A stretch of DNA of 64,000 nucleotides, taken from positions 62,001 through 126,000 of IMG/VR virus record IMGVR_UViG_3300037805_000644, one strand, 5' to 3'. Shown in pieces: positions 46,822 to 57,327 of the stretch. Positions within the stretch are counted from its first letter, which is position 1. Every line of letters starts with the position of its first letter. The translations under genes were made by a program, and so were the position numbers. The notes beneath the pieces were generated by a model. The model was not told where the DNA came from, made no database searches, and saw nothing but the letters and a program-made list of their open reading frames with translations.

Positions 46822-49800
46822 CAGCCGTCCTCCTCATCTGTGATCCCCTGGGCTGCCCGGTTGGCCTGCTCAATGGCGTTGTTGAAGTTGGTCACTGCCT
46901 GCTTTTGACGCTGACCTTCCCCAGCCAACCCCTGTGCCGCATCTCTACGGAGGTCCTTAAAGGGCGTCCGCACATTACTGCTGGCTCGCTCCATTGCCGT
47001 ACCGCGAAGGGCATCCTGGCGTTGCTTCCAGGGGACCGATTTCGCCATGGCCTGGTTGGTCAAGAACTGGGTGGCCTTGTCCTCAGCACCAGTGCCGTAA
47101 CCCTGGGGGAGGAGGGCACCGGGTGCGGCGAACTGCAAGAATTCAGAATCCACAAAAGCGTCCAAGAGCAAATCAGCCTCTGCTGCCTTGCACGAGCACA
47201 CCCGTCCGTCTTGCTGGTCATTGAGGTCAGCTAGGGTAAATGCAGCGTTGTTGACCGGCAGCTTGTGGACCCCTTCCTTGTTTCCGTCAGAGAACCAGTT
47301 GCTCAGGTTGAGCTGGAGCAGGTTGGGATCCTTTGAGTTGGGGATTGCCAACCCCAGGTCCAGAATCTGCCTGTCCGTCAGGTTGCGGCGGAGCTGGTTG
47401 AGAGCCCTTTTCTCCACGTCTCTGACGGCCTTCTCTCCCTGGAGGGGCACCTGAACCTTGATCTTTTTCCCGCCGTTCACGGTCTCCTCACGCTCAACCA
47501 GGATCCTCTTCCCTGAGATGATCCCGTCCACGATGTCCTCAACGGTCTTGCGATCCAGGAATTGGAGGGGGTCCTGCTGATGCAACGAATCCCACACACC
47601 GCCGGGCTCAATACCCACATCCCGCCCGTAACGGTACGATCCGATCACCTCGTAACCCCGGGCATCGGAGACCGGGAAAACGGGGCTCTGTACTTGGCGC
47701 TTGATTGCCGACTTGTTCTCAGACCGAGTCGTGCTGGCACCCTTGACCGAAATCCGCCACCGTGCGGCCAAGGCGGCGTTCATCTCCGACATGATCTGCT
47801 CAATGTGTACGTCACTGTAACCACCGACGGACTTCAAACGAGTGCGCCAGTTACCCCGCATTTCCTCGATACGCCTCAGCATGATCGAGGTCAGCTTCGT
47901 GCCCATGGTGTTCAGGAACTCCCCAAGACTGCTCTTGGCCCACTTCCCGCCCAGGCTTTCCACACCATCAGTGCCCTCCAGCTTGTAGGTCCCCACTGCT
48001 ACGTCTGTGGGGACAACCTTCCCCTTGCGGAGAGGCAAGCTCTCAGGGAACCCCGGCAAAGAGTCGGGGAGGGGCATGGTCTTGGTGCTGTCCAGGTCCC
48101 GAGCCTTGCGGTCAGCCGCAACGGCGGAGTGGGTGATGTCCCCCAGGATGCTGCCCCAGGCCCCCAGGAAGAAATCGTGGATGGACTCCTCAGGTTTCGG
48201 GGTCTTCCCCACCGACTTGATGTTGAACCGCTGATTGAACCGCCACCGAGGCCCGTCCCCGAGGGATATGGGCTTGTCATCGGCGGAGCTGTCTGTGGTC
48301 CCCTTGGTCTGGGTCACATCCTGGACAGCGAACATCAGCTCCCGAATCTGAGAGGTCGGGACAATCTCCCCATTGGGCTTCGCCGGGTTTGAGGTGAGCA
48401 CCCGCACACCACGGGTTGGGCGCACATCCCCCAGCTCAGCCTCGGGTCGTTCCGCCCCTGGGATGCTTGCTGTGGGCGTCTGGAGAAAGCCCTGAACCAC
48501 AGTGCCTTGCCACTCAGCGTCGAGGAAGCTGTTCTTGCGGATGATTTTCGGAGCCTCGCCGTCTGGCGGGTTGCTGTAAGCCACCACGTCTTGGCCCTGG
48601 TGGCTGGGGTCCGGGTGTGAGGCCGAGTAATATCGGTACTCGCCGGGCTGTGTGCCGTTAGACAGGATCGCCTTCTTGTCCGACAACATGTCGAGCAAGC
48701 TGTGCGTCTCGGGGATGCGGCGAAGGTCTTGACCACCGCTCAGGAAATGCCTCTCACCAATGGTCTTGATGAGCAGGCTGAGCTGGTACACCCCATCCTG
48801 CTTGTCCTCCTGGAACGACGCCTCCGTCTCAGCCTTGGTGGCTTCCACCTGCTTGTTGACCTCTGCGATGCTTTGGTCCAGGAGAGCTTTCTTGGTGCGA
48901 AGCTTGTCTTTCTTCGCATCATCAGAGGCACGCAGGATCTGAGCGGTCACCGCGACGAGCTGGCGCTGGAGCTTCACGATCTCCTTGACTTTCCCTGCGA
49001 TCTTCTCGTTTGCAGCGGTTTTGCGGCTGGTGTAAGTCTCCCCCGCCGCAATGATGTCCACCGTAGTTTTAGGGATGCTCTTGGGCTTCCCCTTGCGTCG
49101 ACTCTTCTGCCTCTTGATCTTTTCGGGCAGCCGGGTGTCGTCTGAAAGGTAAAACTCTACGGTATCTGCCTTGTCCTCCCCATCCTCGCCGACCTTGGTG
49201 GGCAGCGTGAGGGTGTACCGGCCCTTACCGTCATCCCGGATGACGCCAATGCCTTTCTGGGACCCCATGTGCAAAAGGTTTCGCAAAACAACAGGGTCGT
49301 CCAACCGCTCAATGTCGGCACCCACCACCCAGAACATGGGGTTGATGGCGAAAGGATCCAGGGCCATCACCACATTGGGGAACCCGGCCAGCCGGGGGTG
49401 CCCATCATGGCCTGCCACTTGGAGAGGTCGGGCCGGCAAGATGGTGTTCTTGAGGTCAATGGCGTCGATGCCCTCCTTGCGAGGATGGCCTGGCGCGTAA
49501 AACTTGGCACGCTTCCCCACGAGCTGGAGGCTCGTAGTACACTGCCCCCCTACGCTGTGGCTGTGGCCAAAACTGTTGCAGTAATAGAAAGCGTCCAGGT
49601 ACGGGATGTAGACAGGGTACCCGGGCCTCAGCTCGGCCCGGACGGGGATTGTCACTGACGCCGCCTTGCTTGGGGCGTTCATGATGTCCAGCCGGTTGAT
49701 TGCCGAGAAAAACATGGACTTGGGATCGTTGAAATAAGCCGTCTCGTACTGAACAGGACGCCAACCGTACTGGGCCACCAGCCGGTAATCAATGTACTGA

Positions 49801-52016
49801 CCCTTGGCGCCCCACTCATTCTCGACGCCGGTACCCTGAATGGGGCCGAAATGGCTGCCCTTGACCGTGGCGTAGGTGGCCTGGGGCTCCTTTTCATCCG
49901 TAGAGATGCTGATGAGGTCGATGTCCTCGATCCGGTAAATACGAGAGGTGGAGGTGTCCAGGTTGTACATGGGTGGCTTGAAGACAAAGTCCCCGTCCAC
50001 ATCCTGGTAAAACTCGAACCCTGTGACCTCCATAACTTTTTGGGCAATATCCAGCTTAGACTCGTACACCGACTCGAAAAAGGCGGGCTGGCCCCAGTTG
50101 CCGATGTTGCTGACGAATGCCTGCATCTCGGCCAGGTTCAGCTCGAACTTGGTCTTGCCCTTTGACCCCGTGTTGCCATTGGTGCTTCGGGCAAACAGCA
50201 TCGCCTCCAGCTTGCGCAGGTTGAAGAGGCCCATCGAGATGGCATCTTCCATGATCCCCTTGGCACCGCCCCGACGGGAGCTGGGGTCCGAGAACCTGTG
50301 ACGTACCAACTGGGTGAGCGAGTCACTGCTGTTGCGGCCCAGGAAAGTGCTCTGGGCTGCCGAGAACAAGGTGCCGCTCGCACCGTGCATCCGCAGCTTG
50401 ACCATCCGCTGAGAGAACCGTTGCTCCCAGTACCTGATGTTGAGGCTGAACAGGGACTCCCCTGCCACCTCGGATGCCGCTGACTGGTTCGTCTTGCTGG
50501 AGAGAGCCCAGCCTACCCCACCGGCTGCACCCACCATGTCGTGATGCAGCGTGTACATGATCTGGTAAGGGTGCATCCCTGTAAAGTTGTGGCCCACCAT
50601 TGAGGTCTTGAGCTTGGAGTTGGTCGGGCGGGAACCGAACACCGAGGCATTGGTGGAGATCGTGTGGTACTGCCAGAAATGCAGCATCGAGACGGCATTG
50701 ACCGTCACCGAGTTAACCCCGCCAGACCAGGCATGGGAAACCTGGGTCACCACCCCGTGGAAGACGTGGTAATAGGGGTAGCTGAGCATGTTCTCGATGC
50801 CCTTGCCGCCCAGACCATACTGGTCCAACAGGGAATCGCCGACCGGGATGTCGTGAGCCAGGGGAGGCTCGCCCGAGGTCCCCACCTCAACGCCGATCCC
50901 CTGAGAGCGGTACTCCTCGGATCGCCCGCCACCCAGATGTTTTGACCAGGGGCTGACGGTGCTGTCGGGGTTGGGGAGGCCGCCGGGGCCGCTGATCCGA
51001 CCCTCCAAACCAGACTCCCACGCCTCCTTTTCCTCCCTGCTCACAGGCTCCCCACCTGCCCACACCCAACTGCGCTGGTTACCGTGATCAATGTGGGGGA
51101 CATCACTCCACACGGGGTCAGAGTTGGGTGCCTGACCTTTTTGGAGGTACATACCCACCCCACCCGGAGGGAGATGGCCTGTGCGCTGGAGCTTGCGGGC
51201 GGAAGCCCACACCGTCGTGCGGTTCACGGGCCTCCCGTTGGAGGTCACGAACACATCAGCAGCGGACCCCGTGTTGTGAGACGAGTGGCGGACCCTGGAA
51301 TCAGGGGCTCGGGCAGCCAGGCCGCCGTTTCCGGTGACCCTGATCCGCACGTTCGTGAAACCTTGCTGCTCCAGGTACTGGTGCAGGGTATTCAGGACGG
51401 CGGCGGACTTGTCGAGGTTGTCCCCAAGCTGTTCCCGGCTCACCCCTGTGGAGGCAACCCACTTATCCGTCATGTGGGGCGGCTTCTGGCCGGGCTCGAT
51501 GTCGCCACCTGCCCGCAAGTCTGAGATGCCCCGGGATCCGAAAAGGGCTTCTCGGGTGTACCCGGGCCCAGGAACCCCACCTTTTTTCTCAGCGGAGAAC
51601 TGGGAAGGGTTGGCCCCGGCGGCGTTTGCCTGGGTGCTCCCTGCCACACCCAGCTCTCCTGCCAATGGAGCTTCGGCCAGGTTGCGGAACATGCCCCGAA
51701 CAGGGAAATAGCCCCGCATGTAAACATGGATCTCCAGACCGGGGGTCAGGATGAACTTGGCGTCTCGGGCGAAACTGTCGGTGTGGTGCAGCGGGATGCT
51801 GAGGGTGAAGCTCGCAGAGGCACTACCGGGATCCGTCCCCGCATCAACGCTGACCTCGGTGATAAATTTCTGGATGTCGATCCGACCGTTACATTTCGGG
51901 CAGCCCGGGAGCGTGGTGTCCCCGTTGACGTACACCAAAGCGTCAGGGGTGTGCTGCACCAACTCTCGGCTGTCCAGCCGCCAGGTGCCCACATAGGGGC
52001 GATTCTCAATGCTCAC
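46821..52016 (-). CDS. Baseplate hub (T4 gp27 / VgrG N-terminal-like, 1731 aa) with an inserted peptidase M15-type domain
   Basis: Hub-like segments (ITEVSVDAG...SASFTLSI; GFEFYQDVDGDFVFKPPMYN; SVTIPVRAELRPGYPVYIP). The M15 signature SHNTGSAAD...GGVGMY...PHIDH lies at about 51060-51420. GTG start overlaps the upstream TGA. Confidence 0.8.
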   Translation of the reverse strand: MSIENRPYVGTWRLDSRELVQHTPDALVYVNGDTTLPGCPKCNGRIDIQKFITEVSVDAGTDPGSASASFTLSIPLHHTDSFARDAKFILTPGLEIHVYMRGYFPVRGMFRNLAEAPLAGELGVAGSTQANAAGANPSQFSAEKKGGVPGPGYTREALFGSRGISDLRAGGDIEPGQKPPHMTDKWVASTGVSREQLGDNLDKSAAVLNTLHQYLEQQGFTNVRIRVTGNGGLAARAPDSRVRHSSHNTGSAADVFVTSNGRPVNRTTVWASARKLQRTGHLPPGGVGMYLQKGQAPNSDPVWSDVPHIDHGNQRSWVWAGGEPVSREEKEAWESGLEGRISGPGGLPNPDSTVSPWSKHLGGGRSEEYRSQGIGVEVGTSGEPPLAHDIPVGDSLLDQYGLGGKGIENMLSYPYYHVFHGVVTQVSHAWSGGVNSVTVNAVSMLHFWQYHTISTNASVFGSRPTNSKLKTSMVGHNFTGMHPYQIMYTLHHDMVGAAGGVGWALSSKTNQSAASEVAGESLFSLNIRYWEQRFSQRMVKLRMHGASGTLFSAAQSTFLGRNSSDSLTQLVRHRFSDPSSRRGGAKGIMEDAISMGLFNLRKLEAMLFARSTNGNTGSKGKTKFELNLAEMQAFVSNIGNWGQPAFFESVYESKLDIAQKVMEVTGFEFYQDVDGDFVFKPPMYNLDTSTSRIYRIEDIDLISISTDEKEPQATYATVKGSHFGPIQGTGVENEWGAKGQYIDYRLVAQYGWRPVQYETAYFNDPKSMFFSAINRLDIMNAPSKAASVTIPVRAELRPGYPVYIPYLDAFYYCNSFGHSHSVGGQCTTSLQLVGKRAKFYAPGHPRKEGIDAIDLKNTILPARPLQVAGHDGHPRLAGFPNVVMALDPFAINPMFWVVGADIERLDDPVVLRNLLHMGSQKGIGVIRDDGKGRYTLTLPTKVGEDGEDKADTVEFYLSDDTRLPEKIKRQKSRRKGKPKSIPKTTVDIIAAGETYTSRKTAANEKIAGKVKEIVKLQRQLVAVTAQILRASDDAKKDKLRTKKALLDQSIAEVNKQVEATKAETEASFQEDKQDGVYQLSLLIKTIGERHFLSGGQDLRRIPETHSLLDMLSDKKAILSNGTQPGEYRYYSASHPDPSHQGQDVVAYSNPPDGEAPKIIRKNSFLDAEWQGTVVQGFLQTPTASIPGAERPEAELGDVRPTRGVRVLTSNPAKPNGEIVPTSQIRELMFAVQDVTQTKGTTDSSADDKPISLGDGPRWRFNQRFNIKSVGKTPKPEESIHDFFLGAWGSILGDITHSAVAADRKARDLDSTKTMPLPDSLPGFPESLPLRKGKVVPTDVAVGTYKLEGTDGVESLGGKWAKSSLGEFLNTMGTKLTSIMLRRIEEMRGNWRTRLKSVGGYSDVHIEQIMSEMNAALAARWRISVKGASTTRSENKSAIKRQVQSPVFPVSDARGYEVIGSYRYGRDVGIEPGGVWDSLHQQDPLQFLDRKTVEDIVDGIISGKRILVEREETVNGGKKIKVQVPLQGEKAVRDVEKRALNQLRRNLTDRQILDLGLAIPNSKDPNLLQLNLSNWFSDGNKEGVHKLPVNNAAFTLADLNDQQDGRVCSCKAAEADLLLDAFVDSEFLQFAAPGALLPQGYGTGAEDKATQFLTNQAMAKSVPWKQRQDALRGTAMERASSNVRTPFKDLRRDAAQGLAGEGQRQKQAVTNFNNAIEQANRAAQGITDEEDG

Positions 52017-53365
52017 CGACCACTCCTGAACGGCTCTGGATCAGTGGCCAATGCCACTGAGGTTTCCGTCTCCTCAGCAGATGCCTGGAACCCTGCCCTC
52101 CCTTTGCGGGGGGGCGGGGCAGCACCCTGGGAAGCACCCAGGGTCTGAGAGGACGCCTGTCCTCCCCACCTGCGGGGCTTGTTGCCGGGGCCGAAGAGCC
52201 GGTTATCCACACTACCGTCGAGACCCACACTGAGCGTCCCTTCCCGGTTGAGATCACCCCTCTGAGCCAGACGGAAATCAGAGAGGCTGCGGGTGGGGGA
52301 CTTCATGGGGCTGACCACAGGGCTGGCCTTGGAGGCGTCCACCATGGCTGAGACCTTGAAGCTCATCTCAAACACCATGCCGCCAAGCTGGTTCTGCTCA
52401 TCGTAGGCGTAAGAGAATGTCTCCATGTTGCCGTAGTAAATCCAACCGTCATAGTGGATGCTGAGTACACCCACGAAATGGTGGGCCTGGGACTCCCCGA
52501 CGGTGTCGTAAATGTAACCGTTGTTCCTGTAAAACGTCAGCGCGTTCATCAGGTTTTGCCAGCTTGCAGAGTCCCGCTTGCTTGCGAACTGCACCCCTCT
52601 CTGACCTGAGTAAAAGGCGCCACACTTGGCACTGATGTTGAGAGTCGGCTGCTCCTCACCCCATGCCTGGAACACGAACCCAGATCGAGTCCGATCCGCG
52701 AACTGCTGGATCTTGTTCATGCCCATTTGCAAGGAAGTAGGGTTGATGAGGAGGACCAGGGGCGGGGTGTTGAGGGCCGCCTGGAGCTGCATCGAGATGT
52801 CCACCGCCGTGTACAGGTCTGCGATGGCAGGGGCACCCATCGAATCAGGGGCCGTGCCGTCCACCGTGATGCGGTTACTGGGGTCACTGCCAACCTGGGT
52901 GTCTTTCCCCGAAGGGTCCTTGATGGGGCGTCCATTCTTTGAGATGAAGCCGGATGCCGTCGCTGAGCTGCCCATGTCTCCGAAAGCAAACTGGCGGCCA
53001 ATGGCCCCTCGGGCGCTCTCGAAACCCCGAGAGGAGCGCATGGCGTTGGAGTAGGTGCCCACACCCTTGTCGTTGGCCTGGTCAATGAACGCGGGATCAT
53101 TGGCAAACACAAAGGGGGGTTCGACCCGAAACACAAAGGGGCTGAGACTTCTCAGGAGCTGATTTGAGCCGTCCACTGGGATGGTGGTGTTGGGCTCGTA
53201 CTCGATGTTGAGCCGAGGACCTACCTGCAACCCCTCATATGCCATGGGGGGCGGGGGGTTGCGGAGGGCCTTGTCCTCTACGATCTTCGGCTTAAAGTTG
53301 GCGTGCCCAATGGTGGGGTTGGACTGCCCCTGGGACCTGGCTGCCTTGTCTTTGATGATGCTCAT
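52013..53365 (-). CDS. Tail-tube initiator-like baseplate protein, paralogue 2 (450 aa)
   Basis: LLINPTSLQ...FQAWGEE...LSIHYDGWIYYGNMETFSY aligns by eye with the neighbouring 257-aa protein. Its position after the tape measure matches T4 gp48/gp54-type genes. Confidence 0.65.
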   Translation of the reverse strand: MSIIKDKAARSQGQSNPTIGHANFKPKIVEDKALRNPPPPMAYEGLQVGPRLNIEYEPNTTIPVDGSNQLLRSLSPFVFRVEPPFVFANDPAFIDQANDKGVGTYSNAMRSSRGFESARGAIGRQFAFGDMGSSATASGFISKNGRPIKDPSGKDTQVGSDPSNRITVDGTAPDSMGAPAIADLYTAVDISMQLQAALNTPPLVLLINPTSLQMGMNKIQQFADRTRSGFVFQAWGEEQPTLNISAKCGAFYSGQRGVQFASKRDSASWQNLMNALTFYRNNGYIYDTVGESQAHHFVGVLSIHYDGWIYYGNMETFSYAYDEQNQLGGMVFEMSFKVSAMVDASKASPVVSPMKSPTRSLSDFRLAQRGDLNREGTLSVGLDGSVDNRLFGPGNKPRRWGGQASSQTLGASQGAAPPPRKGRAGFQASAEETETSVALATDPEPFRSGR

Positions 53366-53368
53366 TGC

Positions 53369-54142
53369 TCAGTTCCTCGATGACCCGTCAGGGTTCACCA
53401 ACTCCTCTGCGGCACCCCTGATCCTGTCTGTGCGGGCCACAGTCTCGTCAGGGTTCACAGAGTCAATGGTGCCGTCCAGGTTCCGCACACCAAACACCTC
53501 ACCCCGCCCTGAAACACTGGGCTGCCGGTTCGGGGGGTTGTAGGGCATCGTGCGAAGGCGCAGGATCTCATGGCTGATGGTGAACTCGGAGGAGAGGTCA
53601 AACATGAAAGGCTTCTCCGCAGACTCCTCCACGTTAAACGTGTTGAACCACCCGAAATAGATGCCGCCGTCGAAGGTGATCTTGATGATGCCCTGGAAAG
53701 CGATCTGACCGTTCTGATCGTACACCGACCCGTTGTTGTGGAACAGGGCCATCATGTCGAGGTATTTGTCGTAAGCAATGGTTTCCCGACGAGTACCCCC
53801 CGTGTCGACCCCCCCACCTGTGACATTGCTCAGCCCCGTGTAAAGACGTTTGAAGCCTCCGGTGACCATCTGGAAGCTCACCGTTCGGGCACCATCACCC
53901 CAGTGCTGCTCAACCCACCCACCCTTAGTCTGGATCCGCTCGATCTGCTTGGAGTAACTAAACGAGATCTGGGAGGGGTTGACGTGCAGAACCATCTTGA
54001 CCCCTTCGGGCAAGATGGAGGTCTCCAGATCTGGCGCCAGGATGTCAAACACCACGGGCCTTGTTCCCAGGTTGGGATCAAACTCATCGTCTGGGCTGCG
54101 AAACGCAGATTTGAACACCGGGATGGGGGCTCGGTTGGCCAT
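53369..54142 (-). CDS. Tail-tube initiator-like baseplate protein, paralogue 1 (257 aa)
   Basis: LHVNPSQISFSY...EQHWGDG...IKITFDGGIYFGWFNTFNVEESAEKPF is a tube-fold baseplate pattern. Confidence 0.7.
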   Translation of the reverse strand: MANRAPIPVFKSAFRSPDDEFDPNLGTRPVVFDILAPDLETSILPEGVKMVLHVNPSQISFSYSKQIERIQTKGGWVEQHWGDGARTVSFQMVTGGFKRLYTGLSNVTGGGVDTGGTRRETIAYDKYLDMMALFHNNGSVYDQNGQIAFQGIIKITFDGGIYFGWFNTFNVEESAEKPFMFDLSSEFTISHEILRLRTMPYNPPNRQPSVSGRGEVFGVRNLDGTIDSVNPDETVARTDRIRGAAEELVNPDGSSRN

Positions 54143-54147
54143 CTAGA

Positions 54148-57100
54148 TCACCCACCCAAACCCGCGAACACTTGGCGGAACCGCTCCAGGTTGTTCATCC
54201 AGCCTCGGGTGTCATTGTAGTTGTGCATGTGGACCTCCACCTTGCCCGAGGCGGCCTTGTCAGGCTTGGTGGTCCTGGGCCAGGCACCTGTCTGCTCTGG
54301 GGCGGTGACGCGCTGACCCGTGGCGGCAGTGGATGCAGTGTAACCAAGCACGGGCATTGCACCGCCAAGCCTTTCGATCACTGAGGATTTGCCGGAACGA
54401 AGACCGTACTTACTGCGGATCGCCTCGGGCATCACGCCGGTCTGCCGGTACTCCGACGCGAGACCCTTGGCCTCCTCCATGGACACATCCACATCCGCAC
54501 CACCAAGGACCGACTTGAATTTCCTCCCGAGGTCCAGGGTACTCATCCGCTCCAGGACTTTCTGGATCTCCGCTGCCGATGCCTTGGGTGCCTTGCCGCC
54601 CGTGCCATGCAGCTTCTCCTGGTCTCCCAGGTCTTTCTTTTGGTAAGCCTCAAGCGCCTCGTGGTATTTCTTCTCCGCCTCGACACGAAACGGGCGCATG
54701 ATGGTCTCTTGAATCTCAGGAGAGGCCCAGTCCAGGGTGCTTTTCTTCTTGTCGTGCTCGCGGTAAGCCCTCGACCGGATCTGGCTCTCGGCCTCAGAGC
54801 TGATAGCACCTTCACCAACCAACCGGCTGCCCAAGGCTTTGCTCGACACCCTCGCAGCGTTGGCCCGCTCGAAATCCGCGCTCGTGCGGTCAGTCCAACC
54901 GGAAGTGTTGTCTCTTCGCATCTCCTCAAGGATCAGAGTCTTGTGGGCTTTCAGTTTCTGGATGCCGAAAAGTTCGGACTCAGCCTTTGCCAGCCGCCGT
55001 TGGGCCTTCTCTCGATCCATGCCGGTAGAGGAAGACACCTCTGCCCCAAGGGCAGAGACCTCACGGGTCTTTCGCCGCTCTTGCCGTTGCAGGCTTCGGA
55101 TCTCCTTGGCGTACTGACCTACGGCCTGGCCCTTGGCGATTTTCTCATCCCCAGAGAGACCCCCCAGCATGCCCCGGATGTCTTGCACCGCTGAGTTGAT
55201 CTGCACAAGCCAATACTCCACCCCCTGCTCAAGAATCTTGTTCATGTCCGTCGTGTTGGTGGCGATCTGTGTGGCGAGCTGGATGTCCGCCGGGACACCA
55301 TCCTTGGCAGCTTTACGGAAAGTGTCCCCCTGGGTCTGGAGGTAGTCTCCAAAGTCCTTGATCTCCTTACCGAAATCGAGATACCCGTCCTCAGTGATCC
55401 GAGCGGACACGATCTGACCATCCTTGATGGTGACACCGAGCTGTTCCGCCAGGTTCCTCTGCTCTTTGTCTGAGACGCCCTTGCTCGCCAGGCGCTGAAG
55501 CATATTGAAGTCGCCAGACATGGCCTCCGAAAGACGGGCACGCTCCTCTCGTCTCTCGCCCGTGACGCCCGTCACACTCTCGTATGCCATGGTCTCCTTT
55601 AGGGATAGCATGTGCAGTTCTTTGCCGAAAATAGTCTGAGCCGCTGCGAGCTGGGCCGCGAACTTGCCCCCCATGTCAAGAGAGCCCATCCGCATGGCCT
55701 GCATCCCCTTGCCGCCGGCGGCACCCTGAGACACATCCGTCAGGTTGGCCAAAGACCGTACAAGATCATCCTCACCCGAAAGACGGGCGTTGGCGAGCAT
55801 GGACTCCCGCTGGCCCGCCCCCATCCCCCCCAGGTGGCCTGCCAGCCCCTTACCGCCCATACCCTGAACCTGTTTCTCGCTGAGTCCCATTGCTGAAAGG
55901 ATCTGGGCTCTCTTGCCGGGATCCTTCACGCCTCCCAACTTACGCAGAAAATCGTCACCGATGTTGGTGGCCGACCGACGGAAAATGCCCTTCATGCCCT
56001 TGGTGTGCATGGTGCGTTTATACCGCTCCTGCATCCCTTCGCCAGAGAACCCCTTGGTGAGCTGCTGGAGGAAATCCCCACCCACCTTGGCGCCCAGGAT
56101 CTTGCCCAGTCGGATGAGCAAGCTGCCTGCCTCTTCGAGCCGCACGTTGTACATCGACATCCCGGAGGTGGCCTGAAGCACCATCGAGAAGAAACGCTTG
56201 ACACCGAACCCTGAGTCCCGGGCGGCCATCGTCACCGCAGAGAGCCCCTGCTGGACTCCGTTGATGTTCTCGCCCAGGTCCTCCATCCAAGAGGCCATGT
56301 TGCCCGCAAGCTCCTGAGCGGAGACACCGAGGAGCTTTGAGTAAGCAAGGGCTGCCTGGGTGTGGTCCCGGAGCTGTTTCATCTCCATCTGGGCGTTCCG
56401 GGCCCCGGCGGTCATCTCCTTGAGGGTCTGGCCGGCTTGGGCATAGGCACCCAGGATCTGAAGGTGATCCTTGGCTGTGGTGCCCCAGATGCGGTTGAAA
56501 GCAAAGGCCCCCTGCCCGTTGGTGAACGTGCGCTGCACCTTCTCCATGATTTTGTGGGCATCCCCATAACGACCAACCAGGTCTGCCCCGGCCACCCCAC
56601 TCTCCATGAGGGTTCTGTTCAGCTCCTTGAACTTACCATCCGCCATGATAACCGCAGAGACCAGGACGCCGATGGCGCCCATCAAAGCACCAACGGCCAG
56701 AATCACGGGACCAAGGGCCGACATGAGCTTCCCGATGCCGGCTAGGGCCTCACCCATCCCTCCGCCTTTCTGCCCACCCTTTAGGGCTGCCCCGCCGGCG
56801 GCTTGGGCCCCTTTGCCGATCCCCCCAAGCACACCGGCTAGGTCACCACCCTTGAGGGACCCGAAGGCGCTCTTGAGACTCTTGGCAAAACCCTCAGCGA
56901 TCTCTGCCTGGTTCTTCCCCTGCCAACGGCCTGCCTCCTTGAGGGCCGCCATCCGCCGCTTGTTGATCTTCCCGACCTGATGGTTTTCCTGCTTGAACCG
57001 CTTCTCCAGCCCCTGGAGGTGGATCTTGGAGGCAGCGGTCGCCCCATCCTTCTGTGCCTCTTCAATCTTCTTTGACAGATCGGCGTAAGCATTGGTCAGA

Positions 57101-57327
57101 CCCCGGAGATTCTTGGACGACACCCCCATCTTGAGGGCATCCCTGATAGTCTCCCCGAAAGCGGAGCCTGCCTTTTTCTGTACACCCTTCCACTTCGACA
57201 GGAAATCGTTCGCGTCGAACTCAATCGAGGCGTCCTTGGTGAGCTTCTGGATCTGCTTTACGGCCTGGGGCAAGCCAGCAAGCTCAAGGTCCGCAAGTAC
57301 GCGAATGACTGTGTCGTTAGTGGACAT
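54148..57327 (-). CDS. Tape measure protein (1059 aa)
   Basis: Ala/Gly/Lys-rich and alpha-helical, with a hydrophobic segment (LGPVILAVGALMGAIGVLVSAVIMA). It sits in the canonical position between the chaperones and baseplate genes. Confidence 0.8.
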   Translation of the reverse strand: MSTNDTVIRVLADLELAGLPQAVKQIQKLTKDASIEFDANDFLSKWKGVQKKAGSAFGETIRDALKMGVSSKNLRGLTNAYADLSKKIEEAQKDGATAASKIHLQGLEKRFKQENHQVGKINKRRMAALKEAGRWQGKNQAEIAEGFAKSLKSAFGSLKGGDLAGVLGGIGKGAQAAGGAALKGGQKGGGMGEALAGIGKLMSALGPVILAVGALMGAIGVLVSAVIMADGKFKELNRTLMESGVAGADLVGRYGDAHKIMEKVQRTFTNGQGAFAFNRIWGTTAKDHLQILGAYAQAGQTLKEMTAGARNAQMEMKQLRDHTQAALAYSKLLGVSAQELAGNMASWMEDLGENINGVQQGLSAVTMAARDSGFGVKRFFSMVLQATSGMSMYNVRLEEAGSLLIRLGKILGAKVGGDFLQQLTKGFSGEGMQERYKRTMHTKGMKGIFRRSATNIGDDFLRKLGGVKDPGKRAQILSAMGLSEKQVQGMGGKGLAGHLGGMGAGQRESMLANARLSGEDDLVRSLANLTDVSQGAAGGKGMQAMRMGSLDMGGKFAAQLAAAQTIFGKELHMLSLKETMAYESVTGVTGERREERARLSEAMSGDFNMLQRLASKGVSDKEQRNLAEQLGVTIKDGQIVSARITEDGYLDFGKEIKDFGDYLQTQGDTFRKAAKDGVPADIQLATQIATNTTDMNKILEQGVEYWLVQINSAVQDIRGMLGGLSGDEKIAKGQAVGQYAKEIRSLQRQERRKTREVSALGAEVSSSTGMDREKAQRRLAKAESELFGIQKLKAHKTLILEEMRRDNTSGWTDRTSADFERANAARVSSKALGSRLVGEGAISSEAESQIRSRAYREHDKKKSTLDWASPEIQETIMRPFRVEAEKKYHEALEAYQKKDLGDQEKLHGTGGKAPKASAAEIQKVLERMSTLDLGRKFKSVLGGADVDVSMEEAKGLASEYRQTGVMPEAIRSKYGLRSGKSSVIERLGGAMPVLGYTASTAATGQRVTAPEQTGAWPRTTKPDKAASGKVEVHMHNYNDTRGWMNNLERFRQVFAGLGG

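Noticed and set aside
50860-51680. EAPLA / EPPLA peptides flanking the peptidase insert in the hub, as a possible third insertion scar
   Set aside because: The similarity is only partial at protein level, and the DNA is not a direct repeat.
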